A stretch of DNA of 64,000 nucleotides from the human T2T-CHM13v2.0 reference genome, Homo sapiens, in the NCBI RefSeq assembly GCF_009914755.1, contig NC_060926.1; one strand, written 5' to 3'. Both the position numbers and the translations under genes were made by a program. Below the pieces are notes generated by a model. It worked only from the letters and a program-made list of their open reading frames with translations, searched no databases and was not told where the DNA came from. Shown here in pieces: positions 52,361 to 64,000 of this stretch; position 1 is the first letter of the stretch, and each line of letters starts with the position of its first letter.

Positions 52361-55300
52361 CTAACAGTATTCAGGCAAGAGCAATTCTCAGGCTAGGCAA
52401 TTTGATGCTAACTCAAGTAAATATGCTCTGGTAAAGAGTTTGAGTGATTAAAGCATACACCTGGAAATCAGTAAAACATGAACTTGTATGTTGACACCAG
52501 GTCATCTACATCCCTAATATTTCTGGTGAACACTGAATGACACTAAATGGATAAAATGTTCAAAAACTAATAGTAAATATTTGTATAAACCTAAGTATTG
52601 TTTTGTTGGAGTCAAAAGTTCAAACTATTTAGTAACTAAATTAGGAAGCAAATTTGAGTTGTTATTGGTTTATATTCAATTGAGCTAATAAAGATTAGTT
52701 TTAATGGGAAATCTATTGGCTCTGCTTACTTATAGTCCCAAAAATGAGAATTTTTATTAGACTTACAGGATAACAATAGGAAAAAATAGTTGAAATAATA
52801 AGTGTTCAAACCTGGAATCTTTTTTTCCATCATTCTGCAATGTTTCAAAAAACATAAACCCATGCATATTTGCAGACATGTATACAAATAGCTAAAATAT
52901 GTCTATGGTTAAAAAATTGTTTATGTCTCAGGAATTTTGTTATAGGAACATTTGTAATGGAGATGTTGATATTTTATGTCAGTGATAAAATGCATTCCCC
53001 TGAAGTTCTCCCTAATGGGCTTGGTACAGGTATTGAGTGGGCATCAGATTCTACAGGGGTGCTCCCAGAGGCTACTGCCTCAATTCAGTAAATAAGCACA
53101 ATTGATGCTATTATCTAGTCTACCTTTTTCAGCTCTCTGAAAATTCCTTATATTTTGTGTTGGTCTAACTTAGTAATCGATTTGGAATCACATCACAGGA
53201 TTGATCTCACCTTCTTAGAGTAACCTGTAAGTAAAGTCAGCCAGCATAGCCTGGCAGCAACTGACAGAAAGTGTTTTTATAGCCTCAGTGAATACAAGGG
53301 CAAACCATGGGCAAAATTTTGAAATGTGTAGTACCGGCCACCTGCATCCATCCATACATCTCTTTTCTTCATCCCCCCCTTCTACTAGTGTCTTCTCTCC
53401 TTTTCCCTTTCACCCAATCAAGATATGTTATCAGAAAATAATAGGATAAAAAGACTGATTGGCAAATAAAAAATAATTCCTGGCCATATCAGCACCTGTG
53501 GCTTTCAGAGGCTGTTACATCTCTAAACCAATCTCATTTTTAGAGGAACAAAAAAGTCATATTGATAAATTACATATTCTACTGCTAGTTCTGTCTCTGG
53601 ATTAAGTGGATGATTTTAGAGTGGTTGACTTATCCTTGTAGATATCAGTTTCTCAGTTGAAAAATAAATTCAACTCTATCAGTAGTGTTGAAATGGGCCT
53701 TAGTGAGCCCTAGGATGCTCTGTAAAGATTCATGGAGCCAGAATTGAAGAAAAAGTCAGGCACAATCCATTAAATATAATTTCACCAAAAAAATGCTATT
53801 TACCTCAAAACTGATTCTGGAACTCTGCAATATTTTTAAATGCAATCATGTTGAAAATCACATTTTACTCCATGATTTCATTGACTGTCAGACTAAACTT
53901 TAGGCCATATCAAGATACCCAGAACCTCCAGATTCCTCAGGAGAAACTTCAAGCTTGTTTTCCCCTAGCAGATGACATAAAAGGGGAGAGTTTGTCCATG
54001 AGACAAGGAAGTAGTGACTTCTTGGTTTTGTTTTTCCTGTCAAAGTGGTCATAAACTTCAATTTTTAAGGAAAAGAAATTTTAATATGTATTTCTAGTCA
54101 AAGTCAATGTATGTATCTACACTATTCTTTATCTTCTTGGAGGTATTAAATGAGGGCAACTACTTGTTTCAACAGTTGAGTAAAGAAAAGGAAAGACTAA
54201 AAATGACAAGAAAAACTACCATACTAATGTTTTAAGCTTACTGACACATCACATGAGTCTGGTGAAAAAGCGGAAAATGTGTATTTAAGGATTTTTTTTT
54301 TAATAGGAGAGACAATTTGGGTCTAGAGGAAGTAAGAAATGTGATCATGAACATGGGACTTTGGGTAAGAGTTTGATGTTAGAAAGCAAGTCCATTTTGC
54401 TGGGAGGAAGCATTGTGCTATTCTCCTCACCACTGCTTCTTAACATCTCATGGGTAAAGTGTAGTAAACTGTTTTTAATGTGGTTGTGAAGCATGTTAGT
54501 AAAACATAAAAGTGCTTTATATGCATGACTGTATTTGAATTGTTATAGCTGTGTTGACAACATCGACACAACTTCTTTGTAATGCACCTTCATTTTCCAA
54601 CACACAAGATTAAAATCTAAGTTTAGGGAAATTCTAATGTTAATGTTACTCTAAAGACTTACAACTTTTATCACATAAAGTGTAACATATAATTATATTA
54701 GAAAACATTCTTCAATGCTCTAAGATAAAAGGGAATTTTGTTCTTGTAACATTGTGTAAATTTTATCTGGACATGTTTTAGAAGCATAAGAAGTTAAAAG
54801 GTGATTTTCATGTTTTATGTCTATTTTCTCATTTGTTTTACTCTAAAACTAGAAAAGAAATTAAAATTCTTAGGTCTATCTATGATAGAAAAATCTTATT
54901 TAGTTCAGGAGCCGAGCCATAACCCTCACTTTAACAGTTTACTTAGGTGACCCCACCAGTGAGTCCAGCTCAAGACTATTACAGTTCATGTACATTCACT
55001 TACTGAATAATAAAAGCTTTGAATCAATAGTTCTAAAGATAAAATTTGTGTCAGCATCCCACAAGTTCATAGTCACATTCCACTTCTTAAATTAGAGGTA
55101 GGATAAAATGACTTTGCCCTGTTTGTAGCCTATGATTAAGAAATTTAAAGAGCATAATACGAAAATTTTCTAGTTCAAAAATATATTTAATGTGTTTTCC
55201 CTCTTCAATTAAAAAGTAGTTACTATTCCAAAGTGCAATACCACCTGCCAGTCAGCCAAAACATATTTTCTCTGAAATTCTTACTAACAAGAAATCAGTG

Positions 55301-55524
55301 TTACTTGTGTTTTGTGTTTCTATGCATGATTATAATAAATCTCCATTAACCAGGTAAACTACACGTCTTTTTCCTGAAACTTTATACGTTTAGTAATCTG
55401 TGATGATATAGTTGATTACTTATAAATCCAAAAAATACCACTAAAATGAAATATTGGAACCAACAAAGAAAATGAGCAGTTATTTTTAACAATCTGTAGT
55501 TTTTAGATAATATTTCTCAACTGT

Positions 55525-56116
55525 CATAATGTATACATACATTAAAACATCTCCATGTACCTGTCTTGTCCGTTTTGTGGTTATTGTAACAGAATATCTG
55601 AGACTGGATAATTTATAAGGAAAAGAGGATTATTTGGCTCATGATTCTGGTGTCAGGGAAGTCCAGAGTCGGGTAACTGGTGATGGCCTCTGACAGTTTT
55701 CACTCTTGGAGGAAAGCAAAAGGGGACAGGGTGTGTGCAAAAGGGGATCAGGGTGTGTGCAAGATAAGATGCAGGGAGAATGAAATTGAAGAAGTCAGAC
55801 TCTTTAACAATCCAACCAATAACAGTAGATTTGTTTCCCAGAATCTGGGAAACCAATTCTTTCCTATGAGAATGATTCCAGTTTCGCCAGAATGACAACT
55901 CATTCGCTACCTCAAGTGTGGCACCAAGCCATCATGAGAACAGATCCCTCATGCACAAATACCTCCCATTTGGCCCCACCTTCCAAGACCACCATATTGA
56001 GAATCAAGTTGCAATATGAGTTTTTGTGGGGACAAACACACCATATCCAAGCAACAGTAGTACTCCATAAATACATAAAACTTCTACTTGTCAATTAAAA
56101 ATATACATATTTTTAA
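55525..56116 (+). mobile_element. L1MA 3' tip split by an MST LTR
   Basis: cataatgtatacatacattaaaacatctccatgtacc | LTR | ccataaatacataaaacttctacttgtcaattaaaa. Confidence 0.7.
55562..56059 (-). mobile_element. MST (C/D-like) MaLR solo LTR
   Basis: tgtcttgtccgttttgtggttattgtaacagaatatctgagactgg...ggccccacct...gggacaaacacaccatatccaa; TSD gtacc/gtact. Confidence 0.85.
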
Positions 56117-56865
56117 AAAGTTGAACTCAGAGAAATGGAGAGTAGAATGAAGATTATAAGTGGCTAAAGGAAAGGAGGATGGGAAAATATTGGTCAAAGG
56201 GTGTAAAGTTTCAGTTTGATAGGATGAAGAAGTTTTTGAGATGAATTGCACAGCATGGTGACTATAGTTAATAATAATATAATGCATACAGTTGACTCTT
56301 GAACAACACAGGTTTGAACTCCATGGGTCCACTTAAATGGCGATTGTCCTTCTCTGCCATCCCTGAGACAAGACCAACCCTTCCTCTTCTTTGGCCTACT
56401 CAGTGTGAACAAGAAGAAGATGAAGGCCTTTCTGATGATTCACTTCCACTTAACAAGTAATAAATACTTAGCTTCATTTATTTTAAGAATAGAGTATATA
56501 ATACATATAATATACAAAATATGTGTTAATCAACTGTTTATTTTATCAGTAAGGCTTCTAGTCAACACTAAGATATCAGCATTTAATTTTCTTAGAGAAT
56601 CAAAAGTTTTACATAGATTTTTAACTAGGCAGGAGGCCAGCAACCCAACCCCTAGATTGTCCAAAAGTCAGCTGTATTTCCAAATTACTAAGAAAGTAGA
56701 CTTTAAATGTTTGCATCACACACACACACACCCACACACACCCAGTGAGTGTATATGAGGTAATGGACAGGTAAATTAGCTTGATTTAATCATTTCATAA
56801 TGTATGCATATATACATGAAACATCTCTTTTTACCACATAGGTACATATAATTATAATTTAAGAA
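56117..56865 (+). mobile_element. L1MA8/9-like 3'UTR interrupted by Tigger2a
   Basis: ttggtcaaagggtgtaaagtttcagt...cagcatggtgactatagttaataat | transposon | aaattactaagaaagtagactttaaatgtt...ttagcttgatttaatcattt. Confidence 0.8.
56289..56674 (+). mobile_element. Tigger2a (MER28) non-autonomous DNA transposon
   Basis: TIRs cagttgactcttgaacaa / ttgtccaaaagtcagctg, TA on both sides. Confidence 0.9.
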
Positions 56866-56899
56866 TGAAAATGAAACAGTGACTTCAAATATATTTTAA

Positions 56900-57207
56900 A
56901 AGAAGCTAAAAAGTCAAGGAAGTATCACGGAAGTAAAGTTGAAGTTGAAAGGAAAGACTAGTCACTGCGGAATGAACAGTTGAAAAACATAGCATATATA
57001 AATTAACAAAACAAAACAATGAAACAGTTTTACAATGCCAAGAACATTAACGTAGTCATAATAGGTAAGCAAAGAAGATCTAATAGATTTGTAAATATAT
57101 TTAGCCAAATAGAATAGTAGATATGCCTAACTGGAGCACAAACATAAGAAAACCAAATAATAAAATGTAAATCTGAGAGTGCATTCAAGAAGTGAATACA
57201 CACACAA

Positions 57208-57253
<46 letters not shown>

Positions 57254-57620
57254 AGAGAGAGAGAGAGAGAGAGGCCCTGAAAAGGATAACAGGCACAAAA
57301 GCATCAACACCACAATACAACCTAGCAAAAATTCCGATCTTTTAAATATAAAGATTCCTTCTATGGCCAGGATAAAAATATCAAGTAACTTATGAGAGGA
57401 AAAAATAAAGATTGCCTTCAGATTTATTCACAGCAAAATTTAATGTCACAAAAGAATACAGCAATGCCTGAAAACACTCAAAGGAAGACACTGAGCCAAG
57501 AATTCTGTATCTAGCCAATCTGTCCTTCACTATAAAAGTTATAGAAAACAATTTTGAAAGTGTAAAAATTTCAAGATTTTTTTTTCCTTGACACTGTTTT
57601 AAGCATTCTAAGAGTTCACT
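56900..57620 (+). mobile_element. HAL1 / ancient L1 ORF1-like remnant
   Basis: agattgccttcagatttattcacagcaaaattt...gccaagaattctgtatctagccaatctgtccttca (ORF1 C-terminal-like motifs). Confidence 0.55.
57197..57272. repeat. (CA)n(GA)n compound microsatellite
   Basis: CA run followed by a GA run with one interruption. Confidence 0.95.
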
Positions 57621-57899
57621 TGAGGAACTATGGCAAAAAAGCTGTCAATAAGCTGAAATTTAAAATTTAGACTAAACAAAATACCTGTTTTAGAATGAAA
57701 AATAGAATGCCTCAATAATAGGGAAAAATAATTGAATTCAGACATGTGGGAAGAGGACAGAAGGAAGATAGGAGGTATATTCTATGTATTTTTGCCTCAT
57801 CTGTTTATCCGTGAATATATCATTTTATTCTTAGAAATCAAATAATACAACAGTTTTTACCAATTTCCTTATGTTTCTGAAAACAATGGGTATTATGAG

Positions 57900-59040
57900 G
57901 TTGTTCAGTAAAGCATTCTATGTGTATACAATAGGTAAATTTAGTTAATAATGCTGTTTGATTCTTACATATTTTTCCTGAGTTTTTGTAACATTTTTCT
58001 GTTTACTTGATACATTTCTGAGAGAGGTATATTAAAATCTTTCATTTCAGTGGTTTGCATGGGAAAATTAAGGTATTCCAGCACCATTTGTTGAAGAGAC
58101 TATTCTTTTCCTATAAATAGTCTTGGACCTTATGTTGAAAATCAATTAATATTACATGTTTGTTTCTATTTCTGGATTCTCAATTCTATTCCATTGGTTT
58201 ATAGTTCTATCACTATGCCAGTACTGTGTCGTTTTGATTGCTGTAGTTTTGTAGTAAATTTGGAAAGGCCCCTTACAATTCCATATGAATTTGAGGACTG
58301 AAATAAACATTGGTAGAATTTTTGTAAGAGATTACAATGAATCCGGAGATCACTTCGGATAGTAAAGACATCTTAACAAAATTAATTCTTACAACCCATT
58401 AACATTTGATGCCTTTCCATTTTTTTAGGACTTTATTTTTTCTGCAATGTTTTATAGTTTTCTGTGTAAAAATATTTCACCTCCTTAATTAAATTTATTC
58501 ATAGGTGTTTTATTCTTTAAATGCTTTTGTAAAACCAACTATTTTCTTAATTTTCCTTCAAATTGTTTAATGCTGGTATACAGAAACACTACTGATTTTT
58601 GTGTGTTCATATCTTATATAGTTGTATTTTTTAAATCTGTAATGTTTATATTTTAGTAGTTATTTAAAGATAACAATATGTAGCCTTAAATCACAAAATT
58701 TAATGTTACGTGACATTTTTATTTTCTGCCTGAATAAGGCAAGCATCTTAAAAATTTAATTTTACTTATCTTTCACTAAGTTATATATATAACATATATA
58801 TTATATATGATGTTTTATAAATATATTTTTTTAAGACATGTTATTGTTGTGTATAGTGTTGATTATTTATTATAATTCTTTTCCTCTTGGGTAGTTTTTT
58901 ATTTTCTCTCAGAATGCTCATTAGTATTTCCTTTAGTGTGGGTCTGCTGGTGACAAATTATCCCATTTTTTTATTTACCAAAAATATTTTTATTCAACCT
59001 TAATTCCTGAAGGATATTTCCATAGTTACAGTATTTTATC
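57900..59040 (-). mobile_element. Antisense L1M fragments (ORF2 piece ~58054-58610 nested in an older L1M)
   Basis: gagagaggtatattaaaatct (EN region), ttccagcaccatttgttgaagagact...actactgatttttgtgtgtt (ORF2), ggtctgctggtgacaaatt (ORF1 region). Confidence 0.7.
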
Positions 59041-59124
59041 CCCTTTCAATACACAAAATACGTATTTTTCTCCATAATTCATTAATTATTTTAAGAGGAT
59101 AGGCTCTCAGATAAATTGTCTTTT

Positions 59125-59268
59125 TAAATTTTTATAAAATTTATTGTGTTTTAGAGTCAGGTCTTGCTATGTTGCCCAGGCCAGGCTTGAACGCATGGGC
59201 TCAAGAGATCCCTCTGCTTCAGCCTCTTGAGTATCTAGGACCACAGATGCACACCAATATATCTAGCT
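59125..59268 (-). mobile_element. FLAM monomeric Alu
   Basis: ggtcttgctatgttgcccagg...ctcaagagatccctctgcttcagcctc; perfect 12 bp TSD aaattgtctttt (59113-59124, 59270-59281). Confidence 0.88.
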
Positions 59269-59646
59269 AAAATTGTCTTTTGAAAGCCTTTATTCTCTCT
59301 TTTCCTTCCTTCTTTCTATACTATACTTTAATAATCTGCTTTTCCACAGTGCACTGTTTTTGCTGATATATGTAATATTGTATTTTATCTTTTTGAACAT
59401 AATAAGACTATGATAAAATCTGAAATGTTAAATATGTAAGTATAGGTTAAACATTCACAATCCAAAAACTTGAAATCTGAAATGCTCCCAAGTCTAAAAC
59501 CTTTTAAGGACTGACATGACACCACAAGTGGAAAATCCACACCTGGTTTCATTCGATGGGTCCAGTCTAAACACAGGCGCACAACAGTTCATTCAGTGAC
59601 TCCAAGGTAAAAAGATCCTCTCAGCCTTCTTCAGCTGGAATGTATC

Positions 59647-60023
59647 TGTATTAGTCCATTCTCACACTGCTAATAAAGACATACCTGAGACTGGAAAATC
59701 TATAAAGGAAAGAGGCTTAATTGACTCAGTTCTGCAGGGCTTGAGAGGCCTCAAGAAACTTACAATCATGGCAGAAGACGAATCAAGTACGCCCCTCTTC
59801 ACATGGCAGCAGCAAGGAGAAGTGCAGAGCTAAAGTGGCAGGGGGAGCCCCTTATAAATCCATCAGATCTTGTGAGAACTCATGCACTATCATGAGAACA
59901 GCATGGAGGTAACTGCCCCCATGTTTTAATTACCCCCTCACCAGGTCCCTCTCATGACATGTGGAGATTGTGGGAACAACACTTCAAAATGAGATTTGGG
60001 TGGAAACACAGCCAACCATACCA
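59647..60023 (-). mobile_element. THE1D-like solo LTR inside Tigger4
   Basis: tgtattagtccattctcacactgct...gcagcaaggagaagtgcagagc...gccaaccatacca; perfect TSD GTATC (59642-59646, 60024-60028). Confidence 0.92.
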
Positions 60024-60200
60024 GTATCTTTCCCATGTATGCCCAGATTTCCCTATATAAGCATGCCATAAATGTTAACAAAATCACACTTATGAAGGCC
60101 ATACACATCAGTGGCAGGTTCCTTACAATGCTCTACATGGGGCCAAGACCTATGTCCACTAAGCTTTGATCTGTAACGTAACGATATTGTATTGTTGAAA

Positions 60201-61880
60201 ATGTCAAAAAGACCTGCAGATACCAACATGAGTAACTGATAAAAGGAGGAAACATTTTTGTTTATGCATAGCACAGAACTCAAGCTACTAGAGACTCTGA
60301 ACAATGGTGAAAGTTTGAAATATACAGAAGAGTAAGATATTGGAATGTCTACCATATATGACCTGAGGAAACAAAAAGATAAACTGCTAAAGTTATATGC
60401 TGAAAGTGATAAATGGAAGGTAATGAAAAATAGAAAACACTGTATGAAGCTAAAAATGAAGATCTCAATATTGTAGTGAACACATGCCACCTAATGGTAT
60501 GCTGATCGAGAAACAAGCAAACATCTAACACAACAAACAGAAAATTGTAGAAAACTGTGAATATTCCATGGGCTGATGAAATTCAAGAAAATATATGGCA
60601 TTAAAATTTTAAAGATCTATGGTGATAAAGCATCTGATAATCATGAAGCCATGGAGAAATTCATTGACGAGGTTGCCAAAGTCATCACCAATGAAAATAT
60701 GATGTAGAACAAGTCTCTAATGTTGATAAAACATTAGAGTTTTGACATTATTGCCACAGAAAGACACTAATGAGAAAGGAACTGATGAGGCAGTTTCTAC
60801 AAAAATTGAGAATGACAAGGACAGAATAACTATGCCGGGATGTGCTAATGCAGCAGGCAGGCATAAGTGTAAATTTGCTGTGATAGGCAAAAGCTTGCAT
60901 CCTCACCATTTTCAAGCAGTAGATTTTTTACCAGTACATTATGCTAACAAAAAAACATGGAAACCAGGAACTTGTTTTCTGATTGGTTCCACAAAGAGTT
61001 GGTACTAGTGGTTTATGCTCACTGCAAGAAAGCTGGATGGGATAACAACTGAAAGATTTTTTTTTTTTTTTTTGACAACTGTTCTTCTCATCTTCAAGCT
61101 CAATTTTTCACCAAAAAACTTTATGCTATGTACTTTCCTCCAAATTTGACTTTACTGATTGAGCCATGTGACAAGGGTATCTTTAGATCAATGAAGAGTA
61201 AATATAAACAGCATTTCTTAAATGCTTAAACAGCACTTTAGCAGCAGTAAATGGAGGCATAGGAGTGGAAGGTTTTCAAAAAGGAATTTAGCATGAAGGC
61301 TACTGTATATGCTGTTGTGAATGCTTGGAACTCAGTGATTAAAGACACAGTTGTGTATGCCTGGCACAACCTCTGGCTTGTAACTATGTTCTGTGATGAT
61401 GATGAAGAAACTGCTAGCTTTGAAGGATTCTTTATGTTGAGTGGGAAAAAAATGGTGTCTGATGTTACATATACAAAAAAATAAATATGTCTTCAGAGTT
61501 TGTCAGTAAGCTGGAAGAAGTAGATATTGAAGATGTTTTAACATCAATGATGTGGCTCTGGTTGTTTATTCATTGGCCACTGGTGTTGATGAAGCAAGGT
61601 GATTATGATATCAGCGATGATGAAGATGATGTTGCTAACAGTGAGAAAAAATGCCTAGACACAATATGATGAAAATGTATGATGGGTTTTTGAAGGATTA
61701 GAGCTGTGTAAATTGAGAACAACAAGTTTTCATATTAGTTTATGAAGTCAAAGAAAGGTTTCTAAGACAAGAAGGACTATTAATGAGACAGATGACTCTG
61801 GAGGAAATATTTTTAAAAGCCTTTCAACAGAAAGCCTCCTCATCACTAGAGCAACTGCTTCCTGGTCCCTTAAGTGCTTC
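60201..61880 (+). pseudogene. Disrupted pogo/Tigger (CENP-B/Jerky-related) DDE transposase
   Basis: ATG at 60201 (MSKRPAD); fragments KDRIT..CANAAGRHKCKFAVIGKS, DNCSSH, PPNLT.LIEPCDKGI, AVVNAWNSV; multiple stops and frameshifts. Confidence 0.85.
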
Positions 61881-61922
61881 TAATGTTTTTCAATAAAAAA
61901 ATTAAAAACCAGTATATATTAA

Positions 61923-62194
<272 letters not shown>

Positions 62195-63419
62195 TAACTT
62201 TTATCAAAACACAGCATCTTAATCGGAGACTGAAAACCTGCAGTTTTTTTTTTTCTGCTGTTGTTTCACAGCTGATCCAGGTATTCTCATGATCTTAATG
62301 TTCTGCTTAGTTACACTGAACACATTATTTCTTGCTGCATTAATGATATTTTGAAAATGTTAAGTACTTATGTTTGAATAAGTGTAAGAAATGATTGCTT
62401 ATCAGTAGCATATACATTTTGAGCCAAGGATGATGCCAAACAACCAGAGATTGCCCACATAGGTGGCTGAGAGAGTGACATTCTTGCTTTCCGATGCTTC
62501 CATGTACACACACTTTGTTTCACACATAAAATTATTAAAGATATTGTATGAATTACATACAGATTATGTGTATAAGGTATATATGAAACAAATCAAATCA
62601 GAATATATTTTTACTAGGCATTTATTAATAAATTATGATTTTAGTAATTATTTCACATTCTCTTTTTGTTTATCTTAACTATTTTTTGGCACATGTGCAT
62701 CTTCAGCATATTATTTTCTTATTTATTCACACTGCAGTAGAAGTTCATTGTAAGGGAGGAATAAAGTATAATTCATATCTGGCACCATATAATTTTGATG
62801 CACTAATAAGTTAATTGTTACACAATTAAATGTTATTTACAAATCCTTCGTAATTGTTATACATATTATTAATCCCCACTTATTTATATTTAGCAAAATA
62901 GGCTAAAGGTTTTTGAATAAGCTGAGAAGGCATTATTATTTTCAACAAAGGACTTGATTCAGAGAATTCACACACACACACACACCCCTGATTAATAATG
63001 CAGGCTGTCATAGAAATTAAGGAATAATTGAACTAAGCCTTTTTAAGGACAGGCAACAAAATCATTCTATGTATCTAAATAGCAGGTTTAAAGTATATGA
63101 GATAGAATTGAAAAGATTTAATGCAATCATCTAATATTTGTGTCTCTTGGGGAAGACAAAACACCTATTCTATCCTAAATTAGGATAGGGGCTCACTTTG
63201 ATAGTAATCAGCTATGAACCAAGTAGCCAAGTACATGGATGAGATTTAAATGCTATCTCTGTATAGAGAGCCATTCTTGATGAAGAATCTACTACATTAA
63301 CTAAAAGAATTTAAGTCTAGCCTCTTTCATTTTTTAAAATCTGTCATGATGTTTTGATTAACGTAAATTTACGTAAAATAAGATAAAATGGAACAGACAC
63401 ATACCCATTAAACAAAGAA

Positions 63420-63598
63420 TATGGTCCCAATATTCTTTATGCACTAGCTGTGGAAAATTGAATAAGATATTTATTGTCTCTGTTCCTTGATTTCCTCGTT
63501 TCTAAGTAAGAATAACATTTTTATTAGTGCTATTGTGAGGACTAGATAACATAATGAATGAAAATCCTTGAAATTAAAATAGTGTCTCATATATAATA
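63420..63598 (+). mobile_element. MIR SINE
   Basis: actagctgtggaaaattgaataagatattta...tctctgttccttgatttcctc...tattgtgaggactagat. Confidence 0.6.
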
Positions 63599-63839
63599 TA
63601 ATACATAATAAAAGTATCTAAAAGTTAAAATATTATTGGTAATATGCCCGCTTTTATTATTATTACTATTTTCACATGATGGAGATTGTTCTTGTGGTAG
63701 ACAGAATGACAACATTATCATTCTGAACCACAGTGGGCTCTTCATTAGTCTTGACACACTAAGAATTTTACACAAGAAGTTTGGGCTTACCATTGAGCAA
63801 TTCATTTACTCTCAATACCAATTTAAATATCTCATCATG

Positions 63840-63914
63840 TTTATCTTGATAAGTGTGACAAAGTAACCAATAACTTTATGCTTTATCTTGATTAGTGTGA
63901 CAAAGTAACCAATA
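63840..63914. repeat. Tandem duplication, 42 bp period
   Basis: tttatcttgat(a/t)agtgtgacaaagtaaccaata at 63840-63872 and 63882-63914. Confidence 0.9.
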
Positions 63915-64000
63915 TCTAGTAATCTAGATAACTATCTGGTAGGGTGATCGACCAGTTCAAAAGAGAAAAAGGTGCAAACAATGCGAAGAACACTTAAGGC

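Noticed and set aside
60053-60490. Longest ORF (145 aa, minus strand)
   Set aside because: Antisense shadow of the Tigger4 transposase with biased F/S/L composition and no recognisable domain.
60201-61880. Possible domesticated transposase (JRK/TIGD-like gene)
   Set aside because: Early stop codons, frameshifts and retained transposon termini show it is a decayed Tigger4 copy.
63170-63374. Small palindromes (ctatcctaa-a-ttaggatag; acgtaaatttacgt)
   Set aside because: Stems of 7-9 bp are plausible by chance in 64 kb of AT-rich DNA.

Overview
AT-rich, CpG-depleted primate (most likely human) genomic DNA with no supportable protein-coding gene, RNA gene or CRISPR-like system. The recognisable ORFs are broken pieces of L1 ORF1/ORF2, a Tigger transposase, Alu or LTR sequence; the rest look like chance ORFs. 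Most of the window is fossil mobile elements. Three near-full-length plus-strand L1s (about 13.6-20.9, 26.3-32.3 and 33.5-40.4 kb) sit among other L1 fragments, four dimeric AluS, an AluJ and a FLAM, THE1/MST/MLT1 (MaLR) LTRs, LTR40- and MER67-like LTRs, a near-complete Tigger4 plus its deletion derivative Tigger4b, a Tigger2a and MIRs. Subfamily names come from recalled consensus motifs, not a RepeatMasker run. The most notable signals are DNA-repair or template-switch scars: a short in-register interstitial telomeric (TTAGGG)n insertion beside a fold-back in an L1 (35.8 kb), a doubly truncated L1PB ORF2 piece (20.9-21.5 kb), several duplication-plus-hairpin scars, a twin-primed inverted L1, a ~560 bp palindromic TA tract, a near-perfect 3x92 bp tandem repeat and one candidate minus-strand exon. 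I found no convincing new biological system.
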